From positions 10,540,001-10,604,000 of the forward strand of contig NC_045138.2 in NCBI RefSeq assembly GCF_008831285.2: a stretch of 64,000 bases of DNA. Reading direction: 5' to 3'. The notes beneath the pieces are model-generated. The model saw only the letters and a program-made list of their open reading frames with translations. It was not told the origin of the DNA and made no database searches. The position numbers and the translations under genes were made by a program. Positions 1 to 11,748 of this stretch are shown piece by piece (the stretch's first letter is position 1; each line of letters opens with the position of its first letter). This stretch comes from Nymphaea colorata. Taxonomy: Eukaryota.

Positions 1-137
1 TGTGCACTGGCCATCAATCACCTGATGCATGTGCATTAGGCCATGATGTACACGCATCAAGGCAAGACGCACCACCCATGAAGGTTGGTGTGTTCTGCTG
101 GGTGGTGCGTCTGATGCACACACATCTAATAACATTG
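1..137. mobile_element. Probable right end of a hAT-type MITE truncated by the window edge
   Basis: Ends in TAACATTG, the same terminus as the TSD-flanked element at 14736-15498; repeated TGATGCA/TGTGCA subterminal motifs. Confidence 0.4.
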
Positions 138-416
138 ATTCACATCTCAAATAAAAATAAAAAGCGCGAATTCTATCAATGCGTCGTTTGCTAAAAGAAT
201 CTGAAAAAAAAAAGAAAATAGGATAGTCTTAAGCAAGATCAATTCAAGCGCGAGGCTTGATGGACAAGGTCAATTCAAGCTATCCAACTTAGAAAACCTC
301 CAGCCTCCCCACTTGGAAAACCTTGGTGACGGCGTTGTGATCTTGTGGAGCTATAGCAAGCAGAGGGCAGCCCACACCAAATTCATTTTAATTTTGAACT
401 TTAAATATGCTAAATT

Positions 417-561
417 ATTGGGCCTAATGGGCCGCGACTGGCTGACCGTCAACCTGTTACATTGTATGGGGGCACAGGCCACAGTGCCCAAGCCCCGGTC
501 GGCGAGGTATTAGGTCCCTGTCGGCGGCCCATGCGGGTGCCCAACCCTCGGTTCCCACGTG
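417..561 (+). promoter_or_regulatory. Candidate riboflavin synthase promoter motifs: two site II (TGGGCC) boxes and a G-box (CACGTG, 556-561)
   Basis: Motifs read directly 240-380 bp upstream of the ATG; function inferred. Confidence 0.4.
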
Positions 562-660
562 AATCTCGCACACCTTTTCTTTCTTTCTGTTTTTCTGTTG
601 TTGTTGTTTTTTTTTTCCGCCTAACGCTGACCCTGTATTCTGCTGCCCAGCGTAGACACA

Positions 661-752
661 GACAGAGGGAGAGAGAGAAAGGCAATTCGATTGAGAGAGG
701 GAGAGAGAAGTGCAATTCGATTTTGAGAGGGACAGAGAAGGGCAATTTGATT
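661..752 (+). repeat. 30-bp GA-rich tandem repeat x3 in the upstream/5' UTR region
   Basis: Units at 661-690, 691-720, 721-750, each GAGAGGGA.AGAGAA..GCAATT.GA. Confidence 0.85.
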
Positions 753-799
753 GTCTTAGCTCATCTTCGATTGATTTTTTTGCGGAAGGAGAGGAAAGA

Positions 800-1603
800 A
801 TGGCTACTCTCCGCAATTACTTTCTTGTAACCCCTGCTTTCAGAACTACATTGAGGTCCGCCTTCATCCATCCAGTAAGCTACCACCACCAGCACCCCAA
901 CTTGTCATCCATTATCCGCCTTCTCTCAAACAGAGGCAGCAGAAGCACCAGAGAAGGCCGCCACTCAACGACGAGGGTGAGATGCTTGTTCACGGGCATC
1001 GTAGAAGAGATGGGGAGGGTGGAGGAGTTGGGCCCTTCCTCTGCCGGCGGCTTCGACATGAGGATATCCGCCCAGGTGGTTGTCGACGACGTCAAGCTCG
1101 GCGACAGCATTGCCGTCAACGGCACTTGCCTTACCGTCACGTCCTTCTCTCTGAACGATTTCACAGTCGGCCTCGCCCCGGAGACTCTGCGCAAGACGTC
1201 CTTAGCTGAACTCTCCTCCGGCTCGGCCGTCAACCTAGAGCGTGCCGTCCTGCCCTCTACCAGGATGGGCGGCCACTTTGTCCAGGGCCACGTCGATGGC
1301 ACCGGTGAAATCGTTGCCAAAGAGGTGGAAGGAGACTCCTTGTGGGTGAAGGTGAGGACGGGGCCGGATCTCCTAAAGTATATCGTCCCCAAAGGGTTCA
1401 TCGCCGTCGATGGAACTAGCTTGACGGTTGTGAAGGTTTTCGATGACGAGGAATGCTTCAATTTTATGCTGGTCGCCTACACGCAGCAGAAGGTGGTGAT
1501 TCCATTGAAGAAGGTGGGGCAGAAGGTGAATTTGGAGGTCGATATTCTCGGCAAGTATGTCGAGCGCCTCGTCAGTGTTGGTGGGTTCAGACATTTGTCT
1601 TAA
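800..1603 (+). CDS. Riboflavin synthase (alpha-chain type), 267 aa, with ~62-aa plastid transit peptide; single coding exon
   Basis: ATG at 800; Ser/Thr/Arg-rich leader ending VRC, then LFTGIVEEMG (bacterial MFTG N-terminus); two lumazine-binding repeats: GDSIAVNGTCLTV...VNLERA...GGHFVQGHVDG and KGFIAVDGTSLTV...VNLEVD. Confidence 0.97.
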   Translation: MATLRNYFLVTPAFRTTLRSAFIHPVSYHHQHPNLSSIIRLLSNRGSRSTREGRHSTTRVRCLFTGIVEEMGRVEELGPSSAGGFDMRISAQVVVDDVKLGDSIAVNGTCLTVTSFSLNDFTVGLAPETLRKTSLAELSSGSAVNLERAVLPSTRMGGHFVQGHVDGTGEIVAKEVEGDSLWVKVRTGPDLLKYIVPKGFIAVDGTSLTVVKVFDDEECFNFMLVAYTQQKVVIPLKKVGQKVNLEVDILGKYVERLVSVGGFRHLS

Positions 1604-4600
1604 TCAAGGTGATCTTCTCTTTTTTCTTTCCCTACATATTTTGTCTGGATGAGGGGAAGGAATGTTTTGGCTTGTGGTTCATGCTGCCGTTTTTTCATAT
1701 GATAGTTGAAAAACTCGTTGATGAAGCATAGGTTGAATGGTCTATTGAGCTTTTATGGTGCCTTAGATTTTATCATGAGTATTCTTCTTCTCCTCTTGTT
1801 CATGCCTTGAAGACGGGAATCTGCATTTGGGAAAACCTTCCTATTCGTTGTCTTAGTTTTAGTGATGTACTTGTGGGTAAACATCTTATCGTTGCTCCGC
1901 AAATACTGCGAAGTCTTGAGTCTTCGCAATAGGGGTAAATGCGCTGAACAATAGAAGGATATTGATTTGTTTTCTTTCATTTTTAATGTCTGAGATACAG
2001 GTTTTTCAGCTATTTCCTGCATGCAGTCCTTGTCCATTCCTTTTCATTTAATTTCACAATAAAACATATTCAGTTGGACCTTGTGAGAACTTCACCACGG
2101 AAACTGTCGCTTACTTGAAACCAAAACCTTTCCAGAACTCAGTTTCTTAATCTTTATCTTAAAACTCATTTCTTTATCAGAAGAAGTTTGATTTGAGTTT
2201 CAGAGAAAGCATCTCATCCTGTCAGGTAAAGCTGGCGTGAAGTAACACATTTTGCAAAATTCTGTTGGTTTTCTCTTGTTCTCGGTTACTCGATTATTCT
2301 TCAGCATCATTTTGATCAATGAACATTCTTTATTTTATCTTGAGATCCCTTTCTAGTATCTTCTTTCGTTACGACCAAACTAGTAGTTAGCAAGATCCGT
2401 TGATCACTTTTCATTTTATTTCAATAACCATTGACAACCTACAGCATTGCCATTTTTGTTCTTAACAAAGGCAGGAGCGTACATATTGCAGCATGTTCAG
2501 GTTTCAAGTTTTTTTTTCCCTTTTACTTTATGCGTGTGGGAATTGGGTTGAGATGTTATTCTAGGTCTTGAAAAAGTCTAACCTGCATAGAATCTTGAAC
2601 GGAAAGTGTTTTTGTTTCTTTGTTTGAAAAAGAATGGGGTATTTTTGTATGTGCTTTGCTGAATCTAGTATATGTTTTCTAGGTTCTACAGGCAAAAGTC
2701 AGGGGGGTGATCTGCACTTTTCTGTGAAGCAGAGATAATGGAAACAGGCATGACGAAAGATAACAGCTTGGAGTGCTGAACATGCACCATTTCCAGTTGT
2801 TGTAAACTAAACTTCTGAAATTATCTTTAAATAACTAGGTTCTGTGCTCCTTTGGAAACTAAACGTGTTCATTAAATAAATTTTTGTCACAATGATTGTT
2901 GTCAACTTAGAAGAGGTAAGGTAACCCAATCTCAGATGCTTCAACTTTGATTCTTTTGATTCAGCATATGCATTCTCCGGATCCTACTTCTGTCCTAGGT
3001 TTTGGACTTGTAAGATTGTCTTTTTCTGGTTTGAGCTTCTTGATCTTACTTTCCAAGTCACCGCAGTTTCCAGGAGATCTTTTGACCTCTTTACATTCTT
3101 TTCCTTTTTGGTGTCATGATGTTGATTTTGGCCCTGTGCATTTGTTTCCAGAGTCTTGTTTTCTTCCTGTATTTGGTTTCTTTAGCGATTTGTCAGGAAA
3201 AGAAAAGATTTCTCCACAAATTAATTAGCTCCTGCCCCTTTAGTAGTTCATGTGGTCTTGATCCTTGTTTTTGTAACAGTATAATGGATGTGAAAATTAC
3301 CTTAAATACATACTTGGAGAGTAACTTGTTCCGACTCCATGTACCTGTGGTTGATATTGCTCATAATGCTCATCCTTTTTTTTCTTTTTTGTTGTTTATA
3401 TCTGGAAGAAAACATATATTTCTAGTTTCTACATGTATTTCTAGTTGCTCAAATTGTTTGTATGAAATATATCTAGTTTCATTCATCTATGCTCAGAATT
3501 ATCTATCTTTCCAGCTATTGGTGTCCATTATGTTTATCCATTAATTCATTCATGTGTCTATGGATCTGCTTGTGTTAATAATTTCAGCTTGGAACTACTT
3601 TTGTTTCCTTGCTGGAACCTTAGCGTTAAATACAAATCTCTTATATTTTGTGTTTATGAGACCAACTGAATCTAGACATTTAAGTGGTGATGAAGATGAT
3701 GATAGTTGGCAACATCCTTGCATGCCTACCGTTGGTGGGCTAATGTCTTGGAAATATTTAGTCCCATTGGTTGGTTGTGAGTAATAGGGCTTGCATGATC
3801 TGAGTATTTAGTTGTGTGAGAGCTATTAGTTTGACATGATGGGGTCTTTAGTAATTTAGTAAAAGTCATTGGAAGTCTTTTTATTATTTATTATTTCTGT
3901 TTGGGACTGATTGTGTAACTTTGTTCACCCGACCCTAATCCCTTATAATTGTGGGATTACAGCTAATGAGAACCAATTCCTCTTTTTTGAACTTGCATAA
4001 CAAGTTGAATTGGTTGGTTGTGAGTAATTTGGCCTTGATGATTGATGATCTTGCATTTAACAAATAAATGCTGCTTTTAAAATTTCAGAATGTGGTGGTA
4101 CCATTCTTGTATTTACTTTGCATTTATTGCTACCCTTAGGAATCCTAAGGGTGGTGGCATATTTTGTGGTCTTATGTAAATTTGTTGTATTTGTTACAAA
4201 TGCTAATTGCATGTCAGTAAAATATCATTATTAGAGCACCTACTTATTGGGTTTGAGTATATTCTGGTTGAATAGTTGTTTCGTATTGGCTTTGTACTGA
4301 AGAATTTTTCTCATTCTTGTTCCTATTCAGATTACATATAGGTACTGTTACAATTTTATGTTTTCAATATTTTTGGTTTTTAGTATTTTATCTTGTTATG
4401 AAGGATACTTTGCTGATTGATTGAATCGAGCTGTTAGGACTTTCGGAGTATCTAATGGCTAGTTAAACTAGCTGCTACAAGCCTCCTAACAACTAGTCAA
4501 GCTAACTAATAGATCCCTCCAGGGACTAGCTTCTGTTTTCTACAAGTGTGTGGAAGACAATATTTGATGTATGCTGTGCATGTTTGATATAAATGGCAAA

Positions 4601-7123
4601 GCATGGTGGGGAGGTGGGGTTACTTTCATTGCTTTGTGTAACTATTACATAACATGAGAACCAAAAATCACTTGTGTCATAGAGGTTCTAGATGTTGGTC
4701 ATAGAGGTTCTAGTTATAAAATTTTTCCACAGATTTTAAAATGTTTATTTCTCAAGTTAAAAGCCAGGAAGAACTTGTCTCCTTTCCTCAAGCTTCTAAA
4801 TTGAAGAAGCTGTGAATAAGGAATGGAGGTCTTGCATGAATGCAGTACATGAACAAGCAATGCATCCGAACATAGTTTGAAAAAGAATTCAAAGAAAATT
4901 AATTTATTTTCACACAACTAACAATCTCTTATTTTTATTCTTGGTCAAGATGCAGATTGAACGCTTCTTTATACATGTTTTACATGGCCATACACATGTA
5001 CTCTCATCACCCTTTTATCATTCAGGTGCAGGCTATCCAGGATAGTACAATCTTCCTCCAAGGTTAATACCACTAAAGAGGATCAGTACAAGGTACAAAG
5101 GCATGTATAAAATTACAAGGACCAGAGATAGTTTTGCTACGTATTCTTCCGCTCATTAAAAGGAATCTCTTGACTACAGTTTTTTAGCTACGGTTTCAGT
5201 AAATCTACTTATGCCTGTCAAGCAAGTTTGAACTCTACTCATTGTTGAAACTTCAATTTTGTTGCTGGCGCTAGGTCAGAGATAGTTGAATCTGCATATA
5301 GCATACGTGGTGCATTATGGAAGTCGTGACTGTATAGTTCAGTTGATTTCTGTCACAAGTTTATTAATTAAAGGATCGTTAGCAGGGTTGCAATGGCTGT
5401 TTACCTAATTTCTTCATGAGCATTCATTTATAAATTATGCTTTTGATGTTTTGTTTTTCTTCATTTCTTCCATTGTGACAATGGGTTTCATGCTTCTACT
5501 GTTAATTTGTTCATGGCTTCACAGGTTGCACGTTCAACTTCAACATTAGGTTCACAATATCAACTTATAGACCACAACGCTAGTAAAAATAGTTAAGGGT
5601 GGAACTTATGCACTTGATGAAAGTATAGAAAGGTTCTCATGCTTGTCCAAATAATTGTTTAAATATCTAGTGACACTTCTTGGCGTGTTATGGTTTGTTA
5701 GAGGCACCATCATACATGAAATGACTTTATGAAAGGTCTCATATGGACGATGAGGGATGAAGATGTTGAACTCTTATATCCAGTTCAATAGAAAAATGAA
5801 TATTAGGCTGAATTATTGAATTGCACAAGGGTACTTTTGTGGAAAGGGCTTTACTTTGTTTAGTTGGTAGTAGTATGCCTGTGCTGGCAAGCTAGGGTAA
5901 CTAGACTAGATCAAAAGATTTAACCACAGGTGTCAAACTCACCTTAAATTTGAAGGTCTGAAGGCGACTCATCCAGCTTGGCCTATGGAACTCTTGTTTG
6001 GTCACATTTGTACTGATGTTTGTCTTAGGCCTGGATTTCTTAGTTCATCAACTGATTGAAAAATGTACAGAGCCAACTGCTGATCATGGTCTCTGCTGGT
6101 TATGGTATTATAATGAATGAGCTCCAAGCCTCCATCTCGTGGATGTTGGTCATTTTCGTAAAGTTTCCAACGTGAAGTTTCCAACATGATGTGCATGAAA
6201 GAATGGAAAAAAAGAGTCAAATAGAGGATTCATGTACCCACAGGATTACAATTCAGAAATCAAGACTGAATTATGGCCATCTAGCGGCCAATTATTCTTT
6301 TCATATTTGTCAACCTATTCTTATTGAAAGATCTGTATCATATGCTGTCAGTGAAACGAATTTAGGGCAACCTTTTTTATTTTGCAAAGGATATTTGTGA
6401 CTGCCTTAAAAGTTTGTGGTGGAATGACAAGGAGAAAGTGTTGCAGGACATTGTCATTGACAATAAATAATGTAACCGGTGATTTTAGTGTTGGTATATT
6501 AAACACCATTAATGACGGGCATCATCTCTGTCCTGAAAGGTTCAAAATGCATCAACTAACAAACGGTTGTCACGTTTAAGAAAGCCTTTTTATCTTCATG
6601 CATCAGAACCATCGGAACTCAGCAATTACATCGAGAACATTGACTACGTTGCTAAGAAAATGGGTTTATTGAGAACTGATCTTAGCACCGTTATTTCAGT
6701 GGCTTTAGTGACTTTGTTAAATTGTGCTGTAACCGAGAGGTTGGTCTTTTGACAGCAAACGCATATAATAGATAAAAAAAACGACAGAAAAGATGTAAGA
6801 AGTAAATTTGTTGGTGACCGTAAATGAATCCGAATCAAGAAAAGCTTTCTTGATGACGCAGTCATCCAGCTGCGCTTGACATAATTTGGACTGGTGCACC
6901 CGTTATTTAATTGGCATAGCCCACCCAATCTCCATCCATTTGTTTGTGTCAGAGAGAGAGAGAGAGAGTCACACTAATCTATACGAAAAGTTCAAACCTT
7001 ATGATGTATTTGAGGCGATTACACCTATTAATACCGTGAGTATATTATTCAAAGAACATTCGGTACCATATTAGGAATCAGGAATTAATCGCCCTGACCA
7101 TCGAAAAAATAAGCAGGTAAAAG

Positions 7124-7994
7124 CTATGTCATCGGGGTGCGGGTGCCGGTGCAGCATATCTCAAAAAATTTAAGTGCGGCGGTGCGGAAAGACTATTTAT
7201 TATTATTATTATTATTAATTTATAATAATATATATAACAAAATTATCTCTAAACCATAAAATTATTAAATATCAAACTCATAATTACAATTTTCTCCATT
7301 CCTTTCTTTCTTAATAAGGAGGTTAGCTAGTTAGGTTCGGCGTCGAAGGGACGGGACAAAGCGCTCCGTTGTTCATTAACGAGCATCATTCTTATAATAA
7401 TTTTGGTTTTAGATATGTCTAATTGGATCAAGATCTAAATCCAAACCCGAACTCTATCACTGCCTGACGAGTTCCCCTTCCTCTTCTTCCTCTTCCACGT
7501 CTTCTTCTCTAATCTCTACCTCCCACTTAGTTGCCCTCTTTCAGGTGAGCATCCACACAGAGAACAGAGAAGAAGAAGGTGGAGGAAGGAGCAGTGGCGG
7601 CAGCGGCAGTGCAGCACGGCGGCGATTTGGACAATTAGGTCTTCGCTCGAGCCCTCTCTTCCTCCTATCCTCACCTCTCTTCCTCCCTCTCCCATCTGTT
7701 TCCCCCTCCTCTCTTCCTCCCTCTCCCATCTGTTTCCCCCTCGATCTGGCCCTCTCTTCCTCCCGTCCTCACCTCTCTTCCTCCCTTTCCCATCCATCCT
7801 CTCTTCCTCCCGTCCACACCTCTCTTCCTCCTTACTCTCCCTCTCCGTTTCCCCCAAATCCTGTCCATTTCTCCCCCAAGGTGCGGTTTGAGGGAGTCAT
7901 TGTTGTCAGGTGCGGTTTGGGTGCAAATCCAGGTCGCACCCGCGTCGCGTCGACGCGAGTGCTGGTCCAATACTGCCGCACCCTGGTGACATTG
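7124..7994. mobile_element. Non-autonomous hAT element (871 bp)
   Basis: Imperfect TIRs CTATGTCATCGGGGTGCGG / CCGCACCCTGGTGACATTG; exact 8-bp TSD GGTAAAAG (7116-7123, 7995-8002); GTGCGG subterminal repeats; CT-rich interior. Confidence 0.9.
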
Positions 7995-8769
7995 GGTAAA
8001 AGCTCCTCCACGTAGAGTACGGAATTTGAGAATAGAAAGGACAATGACACAAGCTGGTGGAGTCAAACTTGTCGCAACAATGACAGTAATAACCTGGAAA
8101 AATGTTACTAAAATCAGATTTTAATTGTAACCCCTTCTCAATTATTCATGGAATTAGCTATTTTTACAAAAAAAAATAATAGTTTGAATTCTTAAAGGTA
8201 TAAACTAGGGAAAACAAGAGAATACAAAACATATTCGATCTAAAGAAAATAAAGTAGATGATCTACGGAGTTTATCTAAACAAAAATAAATTATAATTTT
8301 GTTTACATTACAAAGCTGTACAATAGCTAAAACTATTTAAGCAATATTACCTGAGACGTTCCAAGCAACCGCTTCAAATAGCCAAATAAGGATCCCCAAC
8401 TTCCAAGTCATCCAAGTGTTCTGAGAGTTGTTCTCTACTTTTTCAATAAGTCAGATAAAGCTATGCTCATCTACAAACTAATGGCCCTAATTGAATTTCT
8501 TAGGCCCCAAGATCCGATGGACATTTCACAAGAACCCAAAAGGAAGAAAATTGAAGCGCTAACGGAGAATACAAAAAGACACAGAAAGGAATCAATCAAT
8601 TACACAACGTACTGAAAAGCCTTGACCAGAAGAGTAGCACGCTGAAAATGAAATAAATTATACATGTGATGGCTGAAGAGGACGTCCACCAGAATTAAAT
8701 GAATATGCAAATATATATATATAGTAGAACTGGAACACCTCTATACTCATACCGTAATAAAAATTTACA

Positions 8770-8868
8770 CTAATGCTCTACAAAGTCGGCTTGACTAGGT
8801 GCCATTGATCCCAAGTCGAGCTCCTCATCAGAGTCGATTACGTCCTCATAATCATAATATGCATTCAC
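8770..8868 (-). CDS. PP7: Ser/Thr protein phosphatase 7, coding exon 5 (VNAYYDYEDVIDSDEELD...EH*)
   Basis: AG acceptor at 8870-8869; matches the PP7 C-terminal YYD..VIDSD motif; TAG at 8772-8770. Confidence 0.9.
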   Translation of the reverse strand: MNAYYDYEDVIDSDEELDLGSMAPSQADFVEH

Positions 8869-9267
8869 CTGAAACGGAAGACAAAGATGAGTTGGCATCA
8901 GAAAATTAACAAGGGAAAGCAAAAATATAATGGATAATTCAGAGAAGAATGAAAGACCATCCAAGACACAAAATCCATCAACCAGTAATGCCTCACAGTA
9001 CTACCAAAAGATGCATTAAAAATTCATAATGATCACTGTGAAAAAGATGGAAATCAGACACTTAATATAGTCCATCATCAATGTCTACCTACTTCATGGA
9101 AAAAAGGATGCACTTCCCTTGTTGAGTAGCATTAAGCTAAGGAACATTCAAAAGAAGCTGCTTGCAGCAATTCCTTACTGTCGTACATCTGTGCCGTTTA
9201 GCTTCCACTTAGAATCAAACATGTATAGTGTCTAAAATAATCCGTCAAAAAATCGATGAGACCAAAC

Positions 9268-9594
9268 TATGGATGATGGGAAAGGGAGGGAAAGGAATGG
9301 ATGGAAGGGAAATGAAAGGAAAGGGAAGGGAAGGGAGTGGGGAGGGAAAGGAGAAGAAAGGAAATGGAATGATCATCCATTCCTTTCCCTTCCAATCTCT
9401 CCATTTTTGGAGGGAATGAAATTACATTAAAAATTCATTTCCTTCCCCTCCCTTTCCTTTCCTTTCCCTTGCATCCAAACACAGTTATTAGTTCTCCCTT
9501 CCTTTCCCTTCATGCTAATTAGTCATCCAAACACAAGAAAGGCCTTTCTTTCCATTCCTTTTTCCCTCCCTCTCCCACCATCCAAACAGGCTGT
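9268..9594. mobile_element. Palindromic Tourist/PIF-Harbinger-like MITE in PP7 intron 4
   Basis: GGAA(A/G)G-rich left half mirrors the CCTTTCC-rich right half; repeated CATCCAAACA terminal motif; left end degraded, TSD not confirmed. Confidence 0.6.
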
Positions 9595-9883
9595 TAATGT
9601 TATGCACATATTTCTGTATGGTTTATCATACATTGGGAACTGAATGATACATAGAGAGTTTAAAATGATCATTCAAGAGAATGGCAAAACCAAGTCATGG
9701 ATGAAGGATGGACAAAAAAGAAACTAATGAATCCAAACCATGGATAAAGAAATGACAAACTGAGAACAATGCAAGCTTTCATTGATGAACTGTTGCAAAC
9801 CAAACATGTAAGTAGAAATTCAGATCCCATAGTGTTGAAGATAAAGATTGGGTCACAAGGCACTACTTTAGTAAGCAAGTCAC

Positions 9884-9991
9884 CTTTGGCCTGGGCCTAA
9901 CAGCATCAAAGCTGTAGAAAATTGGGGTAGAAAAATCAGGTGGTCCCAGAACTATATATGCTCCCATGTTATTGTATCTCTCTTCTGAGGC
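9884..9991 (-). CDS. PP7: PP7 coding exon 4 (ASEERYNNMGAYIVLGPPDFSTPIFYSFDAVRPRPK)
   Basis: AG/GT boundaries, 108 nt, phase 0; manual translation matches PP7 (not in the ORF track). Confidence 0.93.
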
Positions 9992-11092
9992 CTGAAACAG
10001 TTGACAAAGATGAACGATTCAATCAACATTAACAGCCAAGAATGGATAATAAAACTGCAACCAACCGCAAGAAAGCAAAAGGATATAACTGCAATACCAT
10101 ATGGTACTACAGCATCGTGGCAGCACATTGCTGAAAATACGACAAATCTTTTAATACATATGTTGCCTCAGCCATTTCAGTCTGCTGTTTACAAATGTTA
10201 TAGTAAAAGGTATTAAACCTGAAAGTATCTAGTTCACAGTCTTTTCTAGCATCTGCACCACTGATGCACGTCCTTGGGATAATGATTCATTACCAAGGAC
10301 CGTTAGTGATCCTTTTACATGGTAGTGAGTAAAGTAAGGGCCGGTCAGGTTCCAACTGGATCATAATTTGGAACCCTTAGTGATGATCGGAGACCCATCT
10401 ATATTACCGTGTGAATGGAACTGATAAGAGGTATATATCAATTATCACCCTAATTTCTTCAATCCCTCATCTTTGCTCATCTCCCGTAATCCTTGCAATC
10501 TGAGATTGGATGAAGAGTTTCAAATTCTGAATAGGTATTGCAGAGGAGATGAGGCCCATCATTTAGGTATTCCAGCCAGCCTTCACCAGAAAAAATGGAC
10601 ATCGTGTCATTCCAGAAAACTGTTGGCTTCGGAAGCATATTGCCAACATGTAAAGGAAGCCCATTGAGGATTAGTGCTGCTAGAGAAACACTACAGAGGG
10701 TTGTGTCAACACCTGGAATAGATGAATGCACTGATGGCAAAGCTGCAATCAGACAACCAGGAGATAAAAGGAAATGACAGTCATGCCATTGCATAGGAAC
10801 ACTTGGCTGTCTGGGAGAACATTGGTGTTCCTTTTTTTGATTACTTCAAAGGAGAGCGTAAGCCACTAAAAAACAATTCAAAAGGGGTGGAGGGAAGAGA
10901 ACTTCGCTTTTGTGGGAATATTTATTTGACTCAGGAAAACTCCCCATTGCAGGGATGAAGCAGGATATCCACAGGTAACGTCAGCAAACTCGATGTTCCA
11001 AAATTTTCAGCCAAAGATGCTCTTAATTGGATTTTTTGGGTACGCTTACCAATTGGTTTGCTACCAACCAGTTGTCCTGATCTTGTAAAAGG

Positions 11093-11748
11093 CATATTGT
11101 AATTTGTAACGTGTATCGGTCGGGCCGACTGTACCGTAACGTATCATTAAATTAATTTTTTAATTCATAAAATAAAAAAAATTAAAAAAAGGGTAAAATA
11201 AAGAAAAACAAAGAAATTTTCAGAAATAAATCAGGAAAAACGTATTCCATATAAAAAAACTCATCACATCATTCACAAGCCAGAATATATTAACACATTT
11301 AGAAATGAGAAATCAGAGATTTACAATACCATAATAAGCATCCATCACAACTTTAAAGTTTAAATTTTAAAGTGTTTTAGTTCACAACATATAATCATGA
11401 TTATCATCAATCAACAATCAAGGTCCCATCATTCACATAGGGCCATGAGTAAACCTTCTTCTCCACTGGATATCGTACAAATGGGCGATTTTTGTAGAAG
11501 AACTTCCCCCTCTCAAAACTTTTAAACATGTTTAGAAAGAAGGAGAGAGGTTCTTTTGAAAAAAACCATGAAAAATTCAATTTATCCCCATACCATATGG
11601 AGTGTATCAATCAGCCATATCGTGACATATGGGTGATATGATATGCTTACGATACAGAAGCGTGTCGTGTATCAAGGTGTATTGTATAGGTTTTTTATGA
11701 TATGTATCGCACGATATGAGCCCATATCGTGTGATATGGATAACACTA
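11093..11748. mobile_element. hAT-type MITE, same family as 14736-15498, opposite orientation
   Basis: Start is the reverse complement of the end of the 14736 copy (CGTGTATCGGTCGGGCCGAC vs GTCAGCTCGACCGATATG, plus shared interior); GATACG/CGTATC repeats; ends TAACACTA; TSD not clean. Confidence 0.7.

Noticed and set aside
710..799. N-terminal extension of the riboflavin synthase ORF in the track
   Set aside because: Starts at GTG inside the tandem repeat; ATG 800 gives a typical transit peptide.
880..1461. 193-aa antisense ORF
   Set aside because: Shadow of the GC-rich riboflavin synthase CDS.
3757..4712. Short direct duplications (TTGGTTGGTTGTGAGTAAT; GTCATAGAGGTTCTAG)
   Set aside because: Ordinary local slippage or repair duplications.
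7516..8066. Several overlapping ORFs
   Set aside because: Low-complexity CT/GA repeats inside the hAT element.
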